The position numbers and the translations under genes were made by a program. Under the pieces are notes generated by a model. That model did not search any database and was not told where the DNA came from. It saw only the letters and a list, made by a program, of their open reading frames with translations. Below are positions 9,573 through 19,600 of a stretch of DNA of 24,896 nt, piece after piece. The stretch lies in the IMG/VR virus record IMGVR_UViG_3300032266_001215, positions 1 through 24,896 of that record; one strand, given 5' to 3'. Numbering within the stretch: the first letter of the stretch is position 1; every line of letters starts with the position of its first letter. This DNA comes from a virus. Taxonomy: Duplodnaviria > Caudoviricetes.

Positions 9573-9842
9573 CTAAGTAAAGCGTTGAAGTTTTTGCGGA
9601 ACTTGTGATCTTGTTTTCCCAGTAAGGGATCTTACATCTGGTGTATTATGATGTGGGGCTTTACTGGGGATATCACTTTGTGCTTCTTGTGCTTTGGTTA
9701 TTTCTTTTTCTATTCTTTTAATGAGCCATCTTTTAAAGGAGATTGGAAAGTTATAATACGTATTCCAATCCATACCGAAATAATAACCTAATAAAAAGAA
9801 TGGCTCAAGAAGAACGGTTTCTTTATCGCTTGAAGTTAGGCC
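9573..9842 (-). CDS. second (frameshifted) segment of tail assembly chaperone; gp51-like/'T'-like ORF
   Basis: Frame open 9869-9573 with no ATG/GTG/TTG for its first 32 codons. GLTSSDKETVLLEPFFLLGYYFG precedes the track's MDWNTYYNFPISFKRWLIKRI and looks like one continuous domain entered from the T7 run at 9843-9849. Confidence 0.7.
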   Translation of the reverse strand, partial: GLTSSDKETVLLEPFFLLGYYFGMDWNTYYNFPISFKRWLIKRIEKEITKAQEAQSDIPSKAPHHNTPDVRSLTGKTRSQVPQKLQRFT

Positions 9843-10713
9843 AAAAAAAGTTAGCGCCGAAGGGCAACGTTACCTCCTCGAAATGATCACAATTGTTGCA
9901 TTTGAAATCGATTTTCATATCAACGCCGGGTTCATGTGCATCAATATGTTCACGAAGAAGTAATGAATCACGAGCTGGCATATATTGAACGAAACGTGAA
10001 ATAAGACTCTTGTTGTCATTTCCGTCAATAGAGGTTATACAGCGAAGAAGTCTAGCGGTAACAAGATTTGAGTTTAACAAGCCTTTCTTCTTACGGGTTT
10101 CCATTTCAGAAACTATTTCTTCTTCCTCACGACCATTCAAAAATTTAAATGTCACTTCTTTCTTAGATACCGGTAGTTTGAATGCAAATGAATTTGCATT
10201 TGGAGATACAGGTTCAAGGGTAAGTGGCTTAATTGGCAAATTATTTAAGTCGATTTGCAATTCATTCTTGAATTCACATGATGGACAAGTATATAGTGGC
10301 TCATATAGAGCACCATATCCGGATGCACGGATTGCAATCATGAGAGCATTTCTATCTCCGGATAATAGCGTTTGAACATCGATATTCTTATTAATCAAAC
10401 ATGATTTGATTAGTTCTGTTATAACGGTTCCACGCTTAATAAGAGCCTGAGACATTAGAATGTCTTCTTCTTTGGCTGTCATGCTACGATATTCAACTAC
10501 ATCTGCATTACATAGTGGATGTCCTAGCGGATATACTGTTCCCTTAGATGGCAATGGCACCGCATCTACTGGTATCTCAACACCTAACTCTTGTTTGGCG
10601 TATTGTTGAGCATTAATTGGCTGACCCTCTCCATTGGTTCCACCAGGATTTTGAGATGCCATCTGCGCTGCTAGCATTGCGTTACGCAAATCTCTGTTAT
10701 CTGTTTCTGACAT
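9823..10713 (-). CDS. T4 gp26-like baseplate hub / tail assembly chaperone (296 aa)
   Basis: LPSKG..Y, YRSMTAKEEDIL, LLSGDRNALMIAIRASGYG, two CxxC pairs (CPSC, CNNC), C-terminal NFFWP. The GGAGG RBS supports ATG 10713 rather than TTG 10728. Confidence 0.8.
   Translation of the reverse strand: MSETDNRDLRNAMLAAQMASQNPGGTNGEGQPINAQQYAKQELGVEIPVDAVPLPSKGTVYPLGHPLCNADVVEYRSMTAKEEDILMSQALIKRGTVITELIKSCLINKNIDVQTLLSGDRNALMIAIRASGYGALYEPLYTCPSCEFKNELQIDLNNLPIKPLTLEPVSPNANSFAFKLPVSKKEVTFKFLNGREEEEIVSEMETRKKKGLLNSNLVTARLLRCITSIDGNDNKSLISRFVQYMPARDSLLLREHIDAHEPGVDMKIDFKCNNCDHFEEVTLPFGANFFWPNFKR
9843..9850 (-). other. putative programmed ribosomal frameshift site (C TTT TTT T; +1 or -2)
   Basis: AAC TTT TTT TGG (N-F-F-W) in frame 0; TTT TTT GGC CTA (F-F-G-L) in the +1 frame continues for 89 codons. 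Confidence 0.7.
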
Positions 10714-10791
10714 TATTTCTTCCTCCAATTGATATAACTCTTCAATTGTATAATGACAGCTTAGAATGTATAAATGAGAATATCTAACGAA

Positions 10792-12318
10792 TTATACGCT
10801 TGGAGGATTTCCAACAATAATCTTTGTTTGGTCTTGTCCAGCAATGTTTCTTGTATACCAACCATTGCCATATGCAATCCCATCTGGATGCTTTCCATGC
10901 CATATGAGGTCTTTAATTTTAGGTAATAACTTTCTTACCGTTTCTTCATCCTCAATAGTTGGCATTCCCATCTTACTTACAAGAATGTTTGCAGGCGCTC
11001 CAGAAACTTCTATCCATGAACCATTTTGATTAAAAAATGTATCCATCATATCTCTTAGTTTAGTCTTTGATTCTGGACCACCATCTGTTACAAGAGCAGA
11101 AGCCTTTTTAGAACCTTTCCAATCAGTATAAAGAATACCAGCGTCAGGTTCAGGGTCTTCATCAACATCAGACAAATAGAAATCTGTAAATCGGTTTAGG
11201 ACGCCCTCTGGTGTATCTGCACCTGGGAAACCACCCATACCTCCATAAGTTTTATTAACTAAATCAGAAACGTCTGGAGCTACAGTTATAGCCGTATCAT
11301 TATTTGTTGCAACGTTAACAACATCTCCCTTTTTTGCTGGAGCCAATTTAGTAGCAATATCTTCTATTATTAAACTGATATATTCTTTTATTAAAGCGAC
11401 TTCTTTGATAGGAGGATTGCCAACAATTATCTTGGTAGATTTTTTACCATTTGGCAATGTTCTCGTATACCATCCATCGCCATAAGATATTCCATATGGG
11501 TGTTTGCCATGCCATTCAATATCATTAATACCAGATAGCAAAGCTCTTACTGTCTTCTCATCATTAACTGTTGGAAGATTATATTTGGATATTAATACGT
11601 TAGCAGGTGCTCCTGATGCTTCTGCCCATGCTCCAGGCTCATTCAACAATTTTTTCATTAATTGTTTTACAGCTTCCTTGCCAGGACCAGTTCCATCATG
11701 ACCTACTCTGGATAACTTCTTTGAGCCGCCCCAATTAGTATATAATATAGCGGCATCAGGTTCCGGATCATCATCTACGTCCGTTATACCCATATTTGTA
11801 AAACGTTTCAATACGTCTTCGCCAGTATTATTTGATTCGGCTCCCATAGCACCATATATGTCATTAACCATTAGAGCTACATCACCAGCTACTCTTTTTG
11901 CAATATCGTCACTAGTTGAGATATCTGCTAATTCACCCTTTTTGATAGGATGAAGCTTACTTTCTTGCTCCAGAATAGTTTTAATATATTCTTTCAACAA
12001 AGACATTTCATTAATATCTTTTTGTCCGACTTTTAAAACGTCTAAATAATATTGTTTTATCTTTGCACGTTCTTCATCACGAGTTAACTTCGCATCAAAG
12101 AAGATGTTAATAACCATATCAGGAACCGGGCTATAACCCTTTTTACGGCTTTCTATTTGCTTCAACCTCTGTAGGTAGCGCCAAGTTTTAATGGGCTCAA
12201 AATCCTTTTTAGAGGCTTTTATAACAAGCTTTGCAATCTTATGAGCGTCTGAGAATAACCGAGGATATCCTTTGCGAATACGCTCATATTGTTTCATTGA
12301 TTGTTCTATCATATCCAT
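10792..12318 (-). CDS. hypothetical protein (508 aa): basic N-domain plus two tandem 202-aa homologous modules
   Basis: Modules aa 105-306 and 307-508 share DVDxDPEPDA.ILYT.W.GSKK, E.SGAPAN.L, WHGKHP.GI.YG.GWYTR and TKIIVGNPP; each starts with an L(L/I)KEYI motif. Confidence 0.85.
   Translation of the reverse strand: MDMIEQSMKQYERIRKGYPRLFSDAHKIAKLVIKASKKDFEPIKTWRYLQRLKQIESRKKGYSPVPDMVINIFFDAKLTRDEERAKIKQYYLDVLKVGQKDINEMSLLKEYIKTILEQESKLHPIKKGELADISTSDDIAKRVAGDVALMVNDIYGAMGAESNNTGEDVLKRFTNMGITDVDDDPEPDAAILYTNWGGSKKLSRVGHDGTGPGKEAVKQLMKKLLNEPGAWAEASGAPANVLISKYNLPTVNDEKTVRALLSGINDIEWHGKHPYGISYGDGWYTRTLPNGKKSTKIIVGNPPIKEVALIKEYISLIIEDIATKLAPAKKGDVVNVATNNDTAITVAPDVSDLVNKTYGGMGGFPGADTPEGVLNRFTDFYLSDVDEDPEPDAGILYTDWKGSKKASALVTDGGPESKTKLRDMMDTFFNQNGSWIEVSGAPANILVSKMGMPTIEDEETVRKLLPKIKDLIWHGKHPDGIAYGNGWYTRNIAGQDQTKIIVGNPPSV
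10795..12006 (-). repeat. intragenic tandem duplication, 2 x 606 nt (12006-11401 and 11400-10795)
   Basis: Protein-level alignment by eye, roughly half of positions identical; DNA has diverged. Confidence 0.85.
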
Positions 12319-12324
12319 ATGCTA

Positions 12325-12330
12325 TAAATA
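12325..12330 (-). promoter_or_regulatory. TAnTTA putative late-promoter element (TATTTA), 6 nt before ATG 12318
   Basis: TATTTA-TAGCAT-ATG, directly after a terminator, no Shine-Dalgarno. Confidence 0.6.
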
Positions 12331-12331
12331 G

Positions 12332-12360
12332 AAAAACCCAGGAGAACTCTCCCAGGTTTT
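12332..12360 (-). terminator. Rho-independent terminator after tail tube gene
   Basis: mRNA AAAACCUGGGAG-AGUU-CUCCUGGGUUUUU: 12-bp stem with 2 G-U pairs followed by a U-rich tract, about 26 nt after the tube stop codon. Confidence 0.8.
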
Positions 12361-12386
12361 CTACGAAAGGATAACTGTATTTGTAA

Positions 12387-12875
12387 TCAGAATTGAAGAA
12401 CGCAGTTATCGAAGCGAATAGAAAGCTGAATATCTGCTAGATCGTTGCCATCATAAGCCATATCGCCAAAGTTGGCAGACTTACACCAAGCACCTTTGAT
12501 ATCCCAAAGTTGAACTACAGTTCCGACTGGATCTAACATCTTGATTTGGATATCACGCTTATAGAAATCAGAATAACCTGCACGACCAGAAACGCTTTCA
12601 AAGCAAAGACGTACCCATTCCATTACTTGTTGAGCACCGGATGGAGCAATTGGATCGTAAATTGTAACGTTCATTTCGCCCCAGGTGCCTTTGCCAGCAA
12701 TGTAGCGTGTGCTGTTGATCCATGGAATAGCACTTTCTTCAAATGTCATTTGTGGACGTGCAGCAGACTTAATAAGGAACGAGTCGATACCTTCGATAGC
12801 GAAGACGAACCGATGCTTTTTAAGTGGTTCAAACTTTGTAGGTAACATATCTGTTACTGATAGTGTTTCGGCCAT
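12387..12875 (-). CDS. tail tube protein, T4 gp19-like (162 aa)
   Basis: FEP...RF, RP......IPWIN..RY.AGK..W....VT.YDPI.PSGAQQVMEW, YKRDI....LDPVG..V..W...GAW; typical size; follows the sheath genes. Confidence 0.9.
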   Translation of the reverse strand: MAETLSVTDMLPTKFEPLKKHRFVFAIEGIDSFLIKSAARPQMTFEESAIPWINSTRYIAGKGTWGEMNVTIYDPIAPSGAQQVMEWVRLCFESVSGRAGYSDFYKRDIQIKMLDPVGTVVQLWDIKGAWCKSANFGDMAYDGNDLADIQLSIRFDNCVLQF

Positions 12876-12899
12876 AATCTTTTACCCTTTTTCTTCTTA

Positions 12900-12905
12900 T
12901 AAATA
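12900..12905 (-). promoter_or_regulatory. TAnTTA putative late-promoter element (TATTTA) upstream of tail tube
   Basis: ATATATTTATAAG, 24 nt before the ATG, followed by a purine-rich leader (AAAAAGGGT). Confidence 0.55.
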
Positions 12906-12931
12906 TATTTCAATTCTGATTTTCTAAGAAA

Positions 12932-13486
12932 TCAACTGCGTTTTCTGTCTTTGCCAACTTGTTTATCTTTTAAACCACGTCTTATAAGCATGAGATCACT
13001 TGCTTCAATTTCGCCGTCATCATCCAAATCAAGCTTATCTTGATCTCCATGCAATTCTTCTTCCATCCAGGCTTCTAATATACGTTCTACATGACGATTG
13101 TAATTTTCTTTCTTCATATCCATTGAAGGTGGAACTACAACATCTGGTTTGCTTTTTGGTTCAGATGAATTTGGAACGTTGGCACCTGATGGACTTGGAG
13201 CTCCTCCAGGTCCATTTGGCATTGACAATGCAACTTGTGTTCCAGTTACTGAGCCACCATCTGCTGGAGATGAAGTATCGCCCTCTTCCAAGCCGCCACC
13301 ACGAATTAATATTACTTTAGAGGATGGAGCTTCCATTTCGTCGCCTATGTAACCATTAGACATACGTAGTGGTGCGCCTTCTTCAACATCCCAAGAACCA
13401 CATTCGTCAACTCCATATCCGCATTCTTTTAATTCACGAACATGGTCCTCAGTTAAGATGCCATAATTTGTATATATAAATTTCAT
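12932..13486 (-). CDS. acidic, largely disordered hypothetical protein with C-terminal DxDxDG Ca-binding-like loop (184 aa)
   Basis: Starts 6 nt after the sheath stop; many LxE/VxE motifs; Pro/Gly/Ser-rich middle; DLDDDGEIEASD at 12995-13030 fits the EF-hand/dockerin-type loop pattern. Confidence 0.8.
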   Translation of the reverse strand: MKFIYTNYGILTEDHVRELKECGYGVDECGSWDVEEGAPLRMSNGYIGDEMEAPSSKVILIRGGGLEEGDTSSPADGGSVTGTQVALSMPNGPGGAPSPSGANVPNSSEPKSKPDVVVPPSMDMKKENYNRHVERILEAWMEEELHGDQDKLDLDDDGEIEASDLMLIRRGLKDKQVGKDRKRS

Positions 13487-13492
13487 TGTCTA

Positions 13493-16400
13493 TCAGCCTT
13501 GACCAAAGTTGGTTGGATTGTTGATTACGAAGTCTACGGACAAGAACTCGAGGGTACGAGTTGGTTGTAAGAAAATCTTACCACGGATTGTCTTATTCTC
13601 GAAATCAGCTTGAGTTGTGGTGCTAGTATCGATACGTACAAGGAAACGATCAACGCCCTTTTGTTCTTGTACACGCTTAAGTATTGGATTGACAAGCTGT
13701 GAGAAACGTGTAAGGGTTTCTGGTAGAGTTTGTTCGAAGAGAATACGATTAGAAACTTGACGAACTTGTCTACGAATAGATAGAAGAAGACGACGAACGT
13801 TTACACGATCAAGAGCTGATTGTTGTGCATACATCGTCTTTTGACCCCAGATTACCAAACCTTCAGATCCTGCAAAGGATACGATTGGATTGATATCAAC
13901 TTCATAGAGGTCATCCATGTTAGTTCTGGAAAGTTCAATCGTTGAACGCTCTGTGGTTGCTAGACCACCTCTTGCGAAACCGGCTGGGGCAAACCATGGG
14001 AAAGCTACAGCATCGTTATAAGAGAAAGCACCAAGGACCGCAACAGATGGTGGTACTTGACGTAACGTGTTTGCTACGGTATCTCTCATAATGACATCTG
14101 GGAAATATGTAGCTCCAAAAGACGTATTGATATTACGATCACGGAAGTTGTTAATCGTATAACGTACAGATGGTACTTGATCTTCGCTGGCTACCAAAAT
14201 GCCATCCGTGTCATATGTTTCTATGTCCATGATATAAAGAGCATCAAAACGATTTTCGGCTGTCTCTATAGCTTTATCTGTAATAGATGGATTACGTATA
14301 CCAGGGATTACAAATAGTTGTACATCAACTTCTGTAGCATCTGCTATTAGATTGAGTGCGGTATTATATGCTACTACAGCAGAACCATTCTGTTCACCAC
14401 GATTTACAAAATCAAGTTCTTCATTTATTGCTTTGTTCGTTAGATAACGCTCATCATAGTTGAAGATGTTGACGCCATCAAATCCGCCTTGAAGATATAG
14501 ATTGAACTTACCAAGTTGACGGGTAGCTGGATCTGCTAGATCGGCTACTGAAAGTCTTCTTACAAGAGAACCTGTATTTGTAGTCACTTGTCCGTTTCTG
14601 ACATAATTCCAGCTTACTGCTTGAGTAGTATCTGGGATTGTATTGTTTGGGAAAGTGGCTGTACTACCTGGAATTACACGATATTTGATTTGAATATTTT
14701 CAAGTGAGAAACCATTGTTATTAAAACGATCCGCATCAACAATCCCATTTTCAACAGTATCGATAGCTCCTTCATTATCCATTACCACAAAGTTTTGGTA
14801 ATCAGTTTGGAAATTTGGGAAATAGCTAGCAAAGCTGCGAATGCTTGTTTCTGGTATTGTTGTTTTATTTGGTTCTATGGCAGATATTTTGCGCTCAAAT
14901 TGAACGCCCCAATATAGACCCTTATCCGAAGTAGTATTTGGAGCAATACCACGAACAAGATTGTCACGGAATGGTATTGGCATCTGAACTGTTTTTCGGA
15001 ATGGATTTGTTACGGCATACGTCGTTGCATCATTAAACCCAGCGAGTGGTACAGAACCTGAAGTTACTAAGTGAGCTGGTCCACGGAAACCAACCGGTAG
15101 AGCCGTTGGATCTACGTCCTGTGCATCAACCCCAGAGGCAACCTCAACACGAATATATTTGGAGTTATTTGTGTAATCTCCTAGAGTGACAAGCTTTGAA
15201 GCTCCATCTTCTGTGTCGAAGTTATAAAAAGTATTATAATCTCCGATTACACGTGCAATATAATTTGGATTTGTTGGGTCTAATGATAATCCTCTATATT
15301 GTTCTAAAACAATTTTGCTCTTATCGCTATCTGAGAAATCTCTTACTAGAAGATCGAACGTTCCATAGAGATAAACGTCAGAAAGGCTTGGAGTAATATT
15401 TTCAATTGAGATTTTAACTTTATCGTTTGCGTATACGCCGTCATCCACAGAGTGAATACGGAAAAGATTAACTGGTTTGCCGCCGAACTTTTGTGAAGTT
15501 AACCATGGGCTCTTTGGAGTACGATAACGGTCTTCAAAGTTTTCATAGTTAGGAGCATATAGAGAACCACTATTTCTTGTTTTTGAACCAGTTACAAGGA
15601 ATGCAACGTTTTCTAAGCCAAATGTTGTACGTAGATTTTTAACACCATTATCAGTATTTAGGATAATGCCAGAACCTGTTACAACTGCTTGTGATGGATG
15701 AATAACCCAATCTGTTTGCAAGTAGTATCCGGCTTGTTCAAGCTTTAATGGATCTCTATTCATTAAAGATCCAAAGTAGTTTGGAGCTTCAACATCAAAA
15801 GATGCAGTAATTACACTTGGATACATTGGATCGGTATTTGTAAGACCATTTACAAGCATAACGAATTCTTGTAATCCATTAAGAAGTTTGACAGAGCCGG
15901 TAACTGCACCTCCTGGTGTTGTTGTGCCTGTAGAAACGACATTTGAACTGCTAATAGAAGAAGATAACGTTAGAAGAGTACCGCTAGCTGCGAAAAGAAT
16001 GCCACGAACAATCGGAGCTCCATTTGCTGATAAACCAGCGTCTGTTAACATTGAAGAGCTTACTATGGTATTAGAGGCAGTTGTTTCATATTGGCTCATG
16101 AAAGCACCAAGGAAGTATGTTCTTCCAAGAGAGTTACCAAAAGTAGCATATTGAGAAGCGGTTAATTCGCCTGCAAATCCATTCCAATATTCTGGCAACT
16201 CACCGCCGACGACATAACCTGCTCCCTCAACCTTTCCACGATTTCCACCAGCAGCATCCGTATCAACAGTTCTAGCATTGCCTGCTCCGGCTCCAAGAAC
16301 ACGAATAAATGTAGCAGCTTGAGCGTTTCTTAACCATTCGGAAACCGCTAATGGACCAACATATATGTCATTAGTTGTTTCTCCAAAGGTTGCTTGAAAA

Positions 16401-16558
16401 TCATTGTAGGTAGCTACGGTTGTTGGTACATATGCTGGTCCAGCTATAGAGGTACCAATCACACCAGCAGGAATACCAGAAGGCTGTATTGCCGTTGGTC
16501 CTGTTAGATTTATTGTTCTAGCCGAAACGCCTGCTGATTTGAACGATATTTGTGTCAT
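13493..16558 (-). CDS. contractile tail sheath protein, gp18-like, copy B (1021 aa)
   Basis: GPAYVPT...F...FG, TFIRVLG, GGFDG, YFPDV, VPPS, PWFAPAGFARG, INPI, IWGQKT, ALDRVNVRRLL, IFLQPTRTLEFLSVDF. Confidence 0.93.
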   Translation of the reverse strand: MTQISFKSAGVSARTINLTGPTAIQPSGIPAGVIGTSIAGPAYVPTTVATYNDFQATFGETTNDIYVGPLAVSEWLRNAQAATFIRVLGAGAGNARTVDTDAAGGNRGKVEGAGYVVGGELPEYWNGFAGELTASQYATFGNSLGRTYFLGAFMSQYETTASNTIVSSSMLTDAGLSANGAPIVRGILFAASGTLLTLSSSISSSNVVSTGTTTPGGAVTGSVKLLNGLQEFVMLVNGLTNTDPMYPSVITASFDVEAPNYFGSLMNRDPLKLEQAGYYLQTDWVIHPSQAVVTGSGIILNTDNGVKNLRTTFGLENVAFLVTGSKTRNSGSLYAPNYENFEDRYRTPKSPWLTSQKFGGKPVNLFRIHSVDDGVYANDKVKISIENITPSLSDVYLYGTFDLLVRDFSDSDKSKIVLEQYRGLSLDPTNPNYIARVIGDYNTFYNFDTEDGASKLVTLGDYTNNSKYIRVEVASGVDAQDVDPTALPVGFRGPAHLVTSGSVPLAGFNDATTYAVTNPFRKTVQMPIPFRDNLVRGIAPNTTSDKGLYWGVQFERKISAIEPNKTTIPETSIRSFASYFPNFQTDYQNFVVMDNEGAIDTVENGIVDADRFNNNGFSLENIQIKYRVIPGSTATFPNNTIPDTTQAVSWNYVRNGQVTTNTGSLVRRLSVADLADPATRQLGKFNLYLQGGFDGVNIFNYDERYLTNKAINEELDFVNRGEQNGSAVVAYNTALNLIADATEVDVQLFVIPGIRNPSITDKAIETAENRFDALYIMDIETYDTDGILVASEDQVPSVRYTINNFRDRNINTSFGATYFPDVIMRDTVANTLRQVPPSVAVLGAFSYNDAVAFPWFAPAGFARGGLATTERSTIELSRTNMDDLYEVDINPIVSFAGSEGLVIWGQKTMYAQQSALDRVNVRRLLLSIRRQVRQVSNRILFEQTLPETLTRFSQLVNPILKRVQEQKGVDRFLVRIDTSTTTQADFENKTIRGKIFLQPTRTLEFLSVDFVINNPTNFGQG

Positions 16559-16596
16559 TGTTGTTATGCCTTTTCTATTTTTTCAGTTACTAATAT

Positions 16597-16602
16597 TAAC
16601 TA
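16597..16602 (-). promoter_or_regulatory. TAnTTA putative late-promoter element (TAGTTA) upstream of sheath B
   Basis: In the 50-nt gap between the sheath genes, 38 nt before the ATG. Confidence 0.4.
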
Positions 16603-16608
16603 TTCATA

Positions 16609-19600
16609 TCAACCGAATTGAACGCCTTCTCTTGTGACAATGAAGTCGAGGGCGATGAATTCTACTGCCTTGACTGGAAGTAAGTAAATCTTAGCATTCA
16701 TTTTGTTATTCTCACGGTCGAGCATTGTATTATTTGTGTTATCGCAAACAACTTTGAATTGTCTCAAACCACCACGATTTTGTACTAGAGACAATATTGG
16801 AGTAACTCTAGAAATGAATTCATTATATAGAGCTGGAGTTAGTTGTTGCCAAATAAGCTTATTGCCGATATCGATTACTTGACGTTGTACGTCCATAATC
16901 ATACGTTGTACGTTAATGCTATCTAGTGAAGTGCCCGCTCCATCAAGTGTCTTTTGTGCGAAGATTACATAACCTTCATTTGGGAACTTAACGATTGGAT
17001 TAACTCTTACTTGATAAAGCTTTTCACGTTCTCCTTGATTTACTCTTGTTCTCGTAAGGGTTACGAAGTTAAGGGCTGCACGATTAAATCCTGCTGGAGC
17101 AAACCATGGATAAGCTACCTTGTCGTTATAGCCGATTGCAGCGAGAGCAGCGACCGTTGCTGGTACTGTAATTCTCTTGTTTGTTTGCGGATCAGCAATT
17201 ATGACATCTGGAAAATATGCAGAAACAAATGTGTTGTCGATAGAACGAATATCGAAGTTATTGGCAGTTTGTTGAACGTCGATAAAAGACGATGTACCAA
17301 GAATTTCTCCATCAAATATTCTATCTCCAGAAGAGTTGTAGTTTGGAATGTCCATTAGGTATAGAGCTAAACCAAAGCCAGATGCTCTATCTGATGCATA
17401 ATCCGTAACAAACGGTTCACGTTGACCTGGAAGTGATAGCAAGTTGATATTAGAAGCAATCGGATTTGTAATAATGTCTGTTGCTATACGATAGCTATTG
17501 ATTTGATTATTTTCAATTCCAATGCCGTTTTGATTTGCACTAAATCCAGGGGATACAAATGCAGAATAAGCACCACCATCAACTTCAATTGAAGTAGATT
17601 TATCATCAAATCTAACAGCGTGTTTATCTAGAATGTTAACGCCATCAAAACCACCATATAGGAAGGTTGTAAACTTGGCATAGTTGTTGTATTTGTTGAA
17701 CGTTATTGGTTGCGTACCTTCATGTACAAGGGATGCAAACGTAACAAATCCATTGACGTTATACGTTGTTGGATCAACAACTCCATTACGGATATATTGA
17801 GCTTTTCTCATTTGAGTACTGGCGGTACCAGTAAGACCTGAAATGTCATTAACGCCACTAACCGCAACTCTAGCTAAAGTAAACTTATTATTATTAAAAT
17901 TATCTTTTGAAGAACCGGTTACTACCACGTCTAGCTTGCTAATACCAGCAAACTTTGTTGCCGCAGCAATAAAGCGATTTTGTTCGTTATTGATATTAAC
18001 GTTTTCAACGTTGTTATTGTTTCTTTCGAACTTCACGCCCCAGAAGAGACGAGCATCTGTAATTTCTAGAGAACCGCTATTTCTAGTTACCTTATAACGA
18101 TATGGAACTGGTGGAACAATTGCGCCTTCACAGCCAAATGTGTTTTGAGAACCAATGCCAACTAAACGGCGTTCTGAAGCGATTGAGGAGCTCACGTCGG
18201 TGAATTTTGGATTTGTATTCAATACGTCAACGCCACGGAAACCAAATGGAAGTACGCTTGATGGTACCATCTTTTGTTCTACAGCATCGCTGATTACTAC
18301 ACGAATATAGTTGGACTTATTTGCATACTTTCCAGAACGAACTATGCGGCGATCATCTGGATCTTCTACGTCGAAATTGAAGTATGCTTTTGCATCGCCA
18401 ATAATCTTGCCAATGTAATTATCGCTATCTGGGTCAAGCGTTAGATCAGTAAATTGTTCGATGACTGCTTGATTAATATCAGTATCTCCAAATTGACGAA
18501 CCGTTATAGCAAATGTTCCATATGGATATATTGGATTTGTTGAAGCTTGTAAGCTTTGAACTGATATTTTAATTTTATCGCTGATATATTGACCATCATC
18601 CAATGCTTCAATATGGAATAAATCATGTTCCGTTGAACCATATGGTTGAGAAATGAAAGCTGGAGTTCTTGGGGTTGTATATCGTGTATCGAAACGACCA
18701 TATGCCGCTAGGAATTTTTCATTTGGCAATCCGGACGTGGTAGAAGTATTCAAGGTTCCAGAAGCAATCAATACGCCATTGATGTTACTTTGAACGACTG
18801 TTGCAACTTCATCGTCTACTGCAAAATCAGCATATAAATAATGTTGTTCTTCTTCAAACTTTGAAGGATCTGTATTGAGAAGCTTTCCGAAGTAAAGATC
18901 GGATGTTGGATTAAAGGATGCAGAATATATTTTTACTCCGACAAATCCATCGTCAGTCGCATATGATGTACCAAGTGAGGTAGAAATTACAATCTTAAAA
19001 TATGGTTCTTCGCTATTGGCAGGAGTTGAATATATTGCGGTATCATTTAATCCTGGGGTGAATGCTTCATTGCTGGCAGACATAATCATTACACGAGAAC
19101 CAGAAGCAGCAAATATAACGCCACGAACAAGATTAACTCCCAAACTAGCATCTACATAGCTATTGTTATCTGTAAACATTGGGAAACCGGATGGTGCGGA
19201 TTCGCCTGGTTGCAAGTCGTGACGAGCAACCAAGAACTGAACGGCTCCAACTGCTCGAGTACTATTTGCAACGGTACCCCATCCATTAGAAGCAGAAAGT
19301 TTAAACCCAGCATTTTTAACGATGCCGGCGGTTTGAGTGGCTGCAATATCAATAGAAGTTGTATTTGAACCGGCTCCCAATACCCTTATGAATGTAAGTG
19401 CATTACGGTTTTGTAAAAATTTTTCTACAGCATATGGGGCTGTCAAGTTTGGATTAAAACCGCCAAACTTGGTTTGGAAATCTGAAAATGATCCAAGAGT
19501 ATATGGAATGAATGCTGGTCCCTTAACCGATGAACCAACTATACCAGCAGGTACGCCGTTAGGAGCAACTACTCTTGCGGTTAGATCGATTTCACGATCA

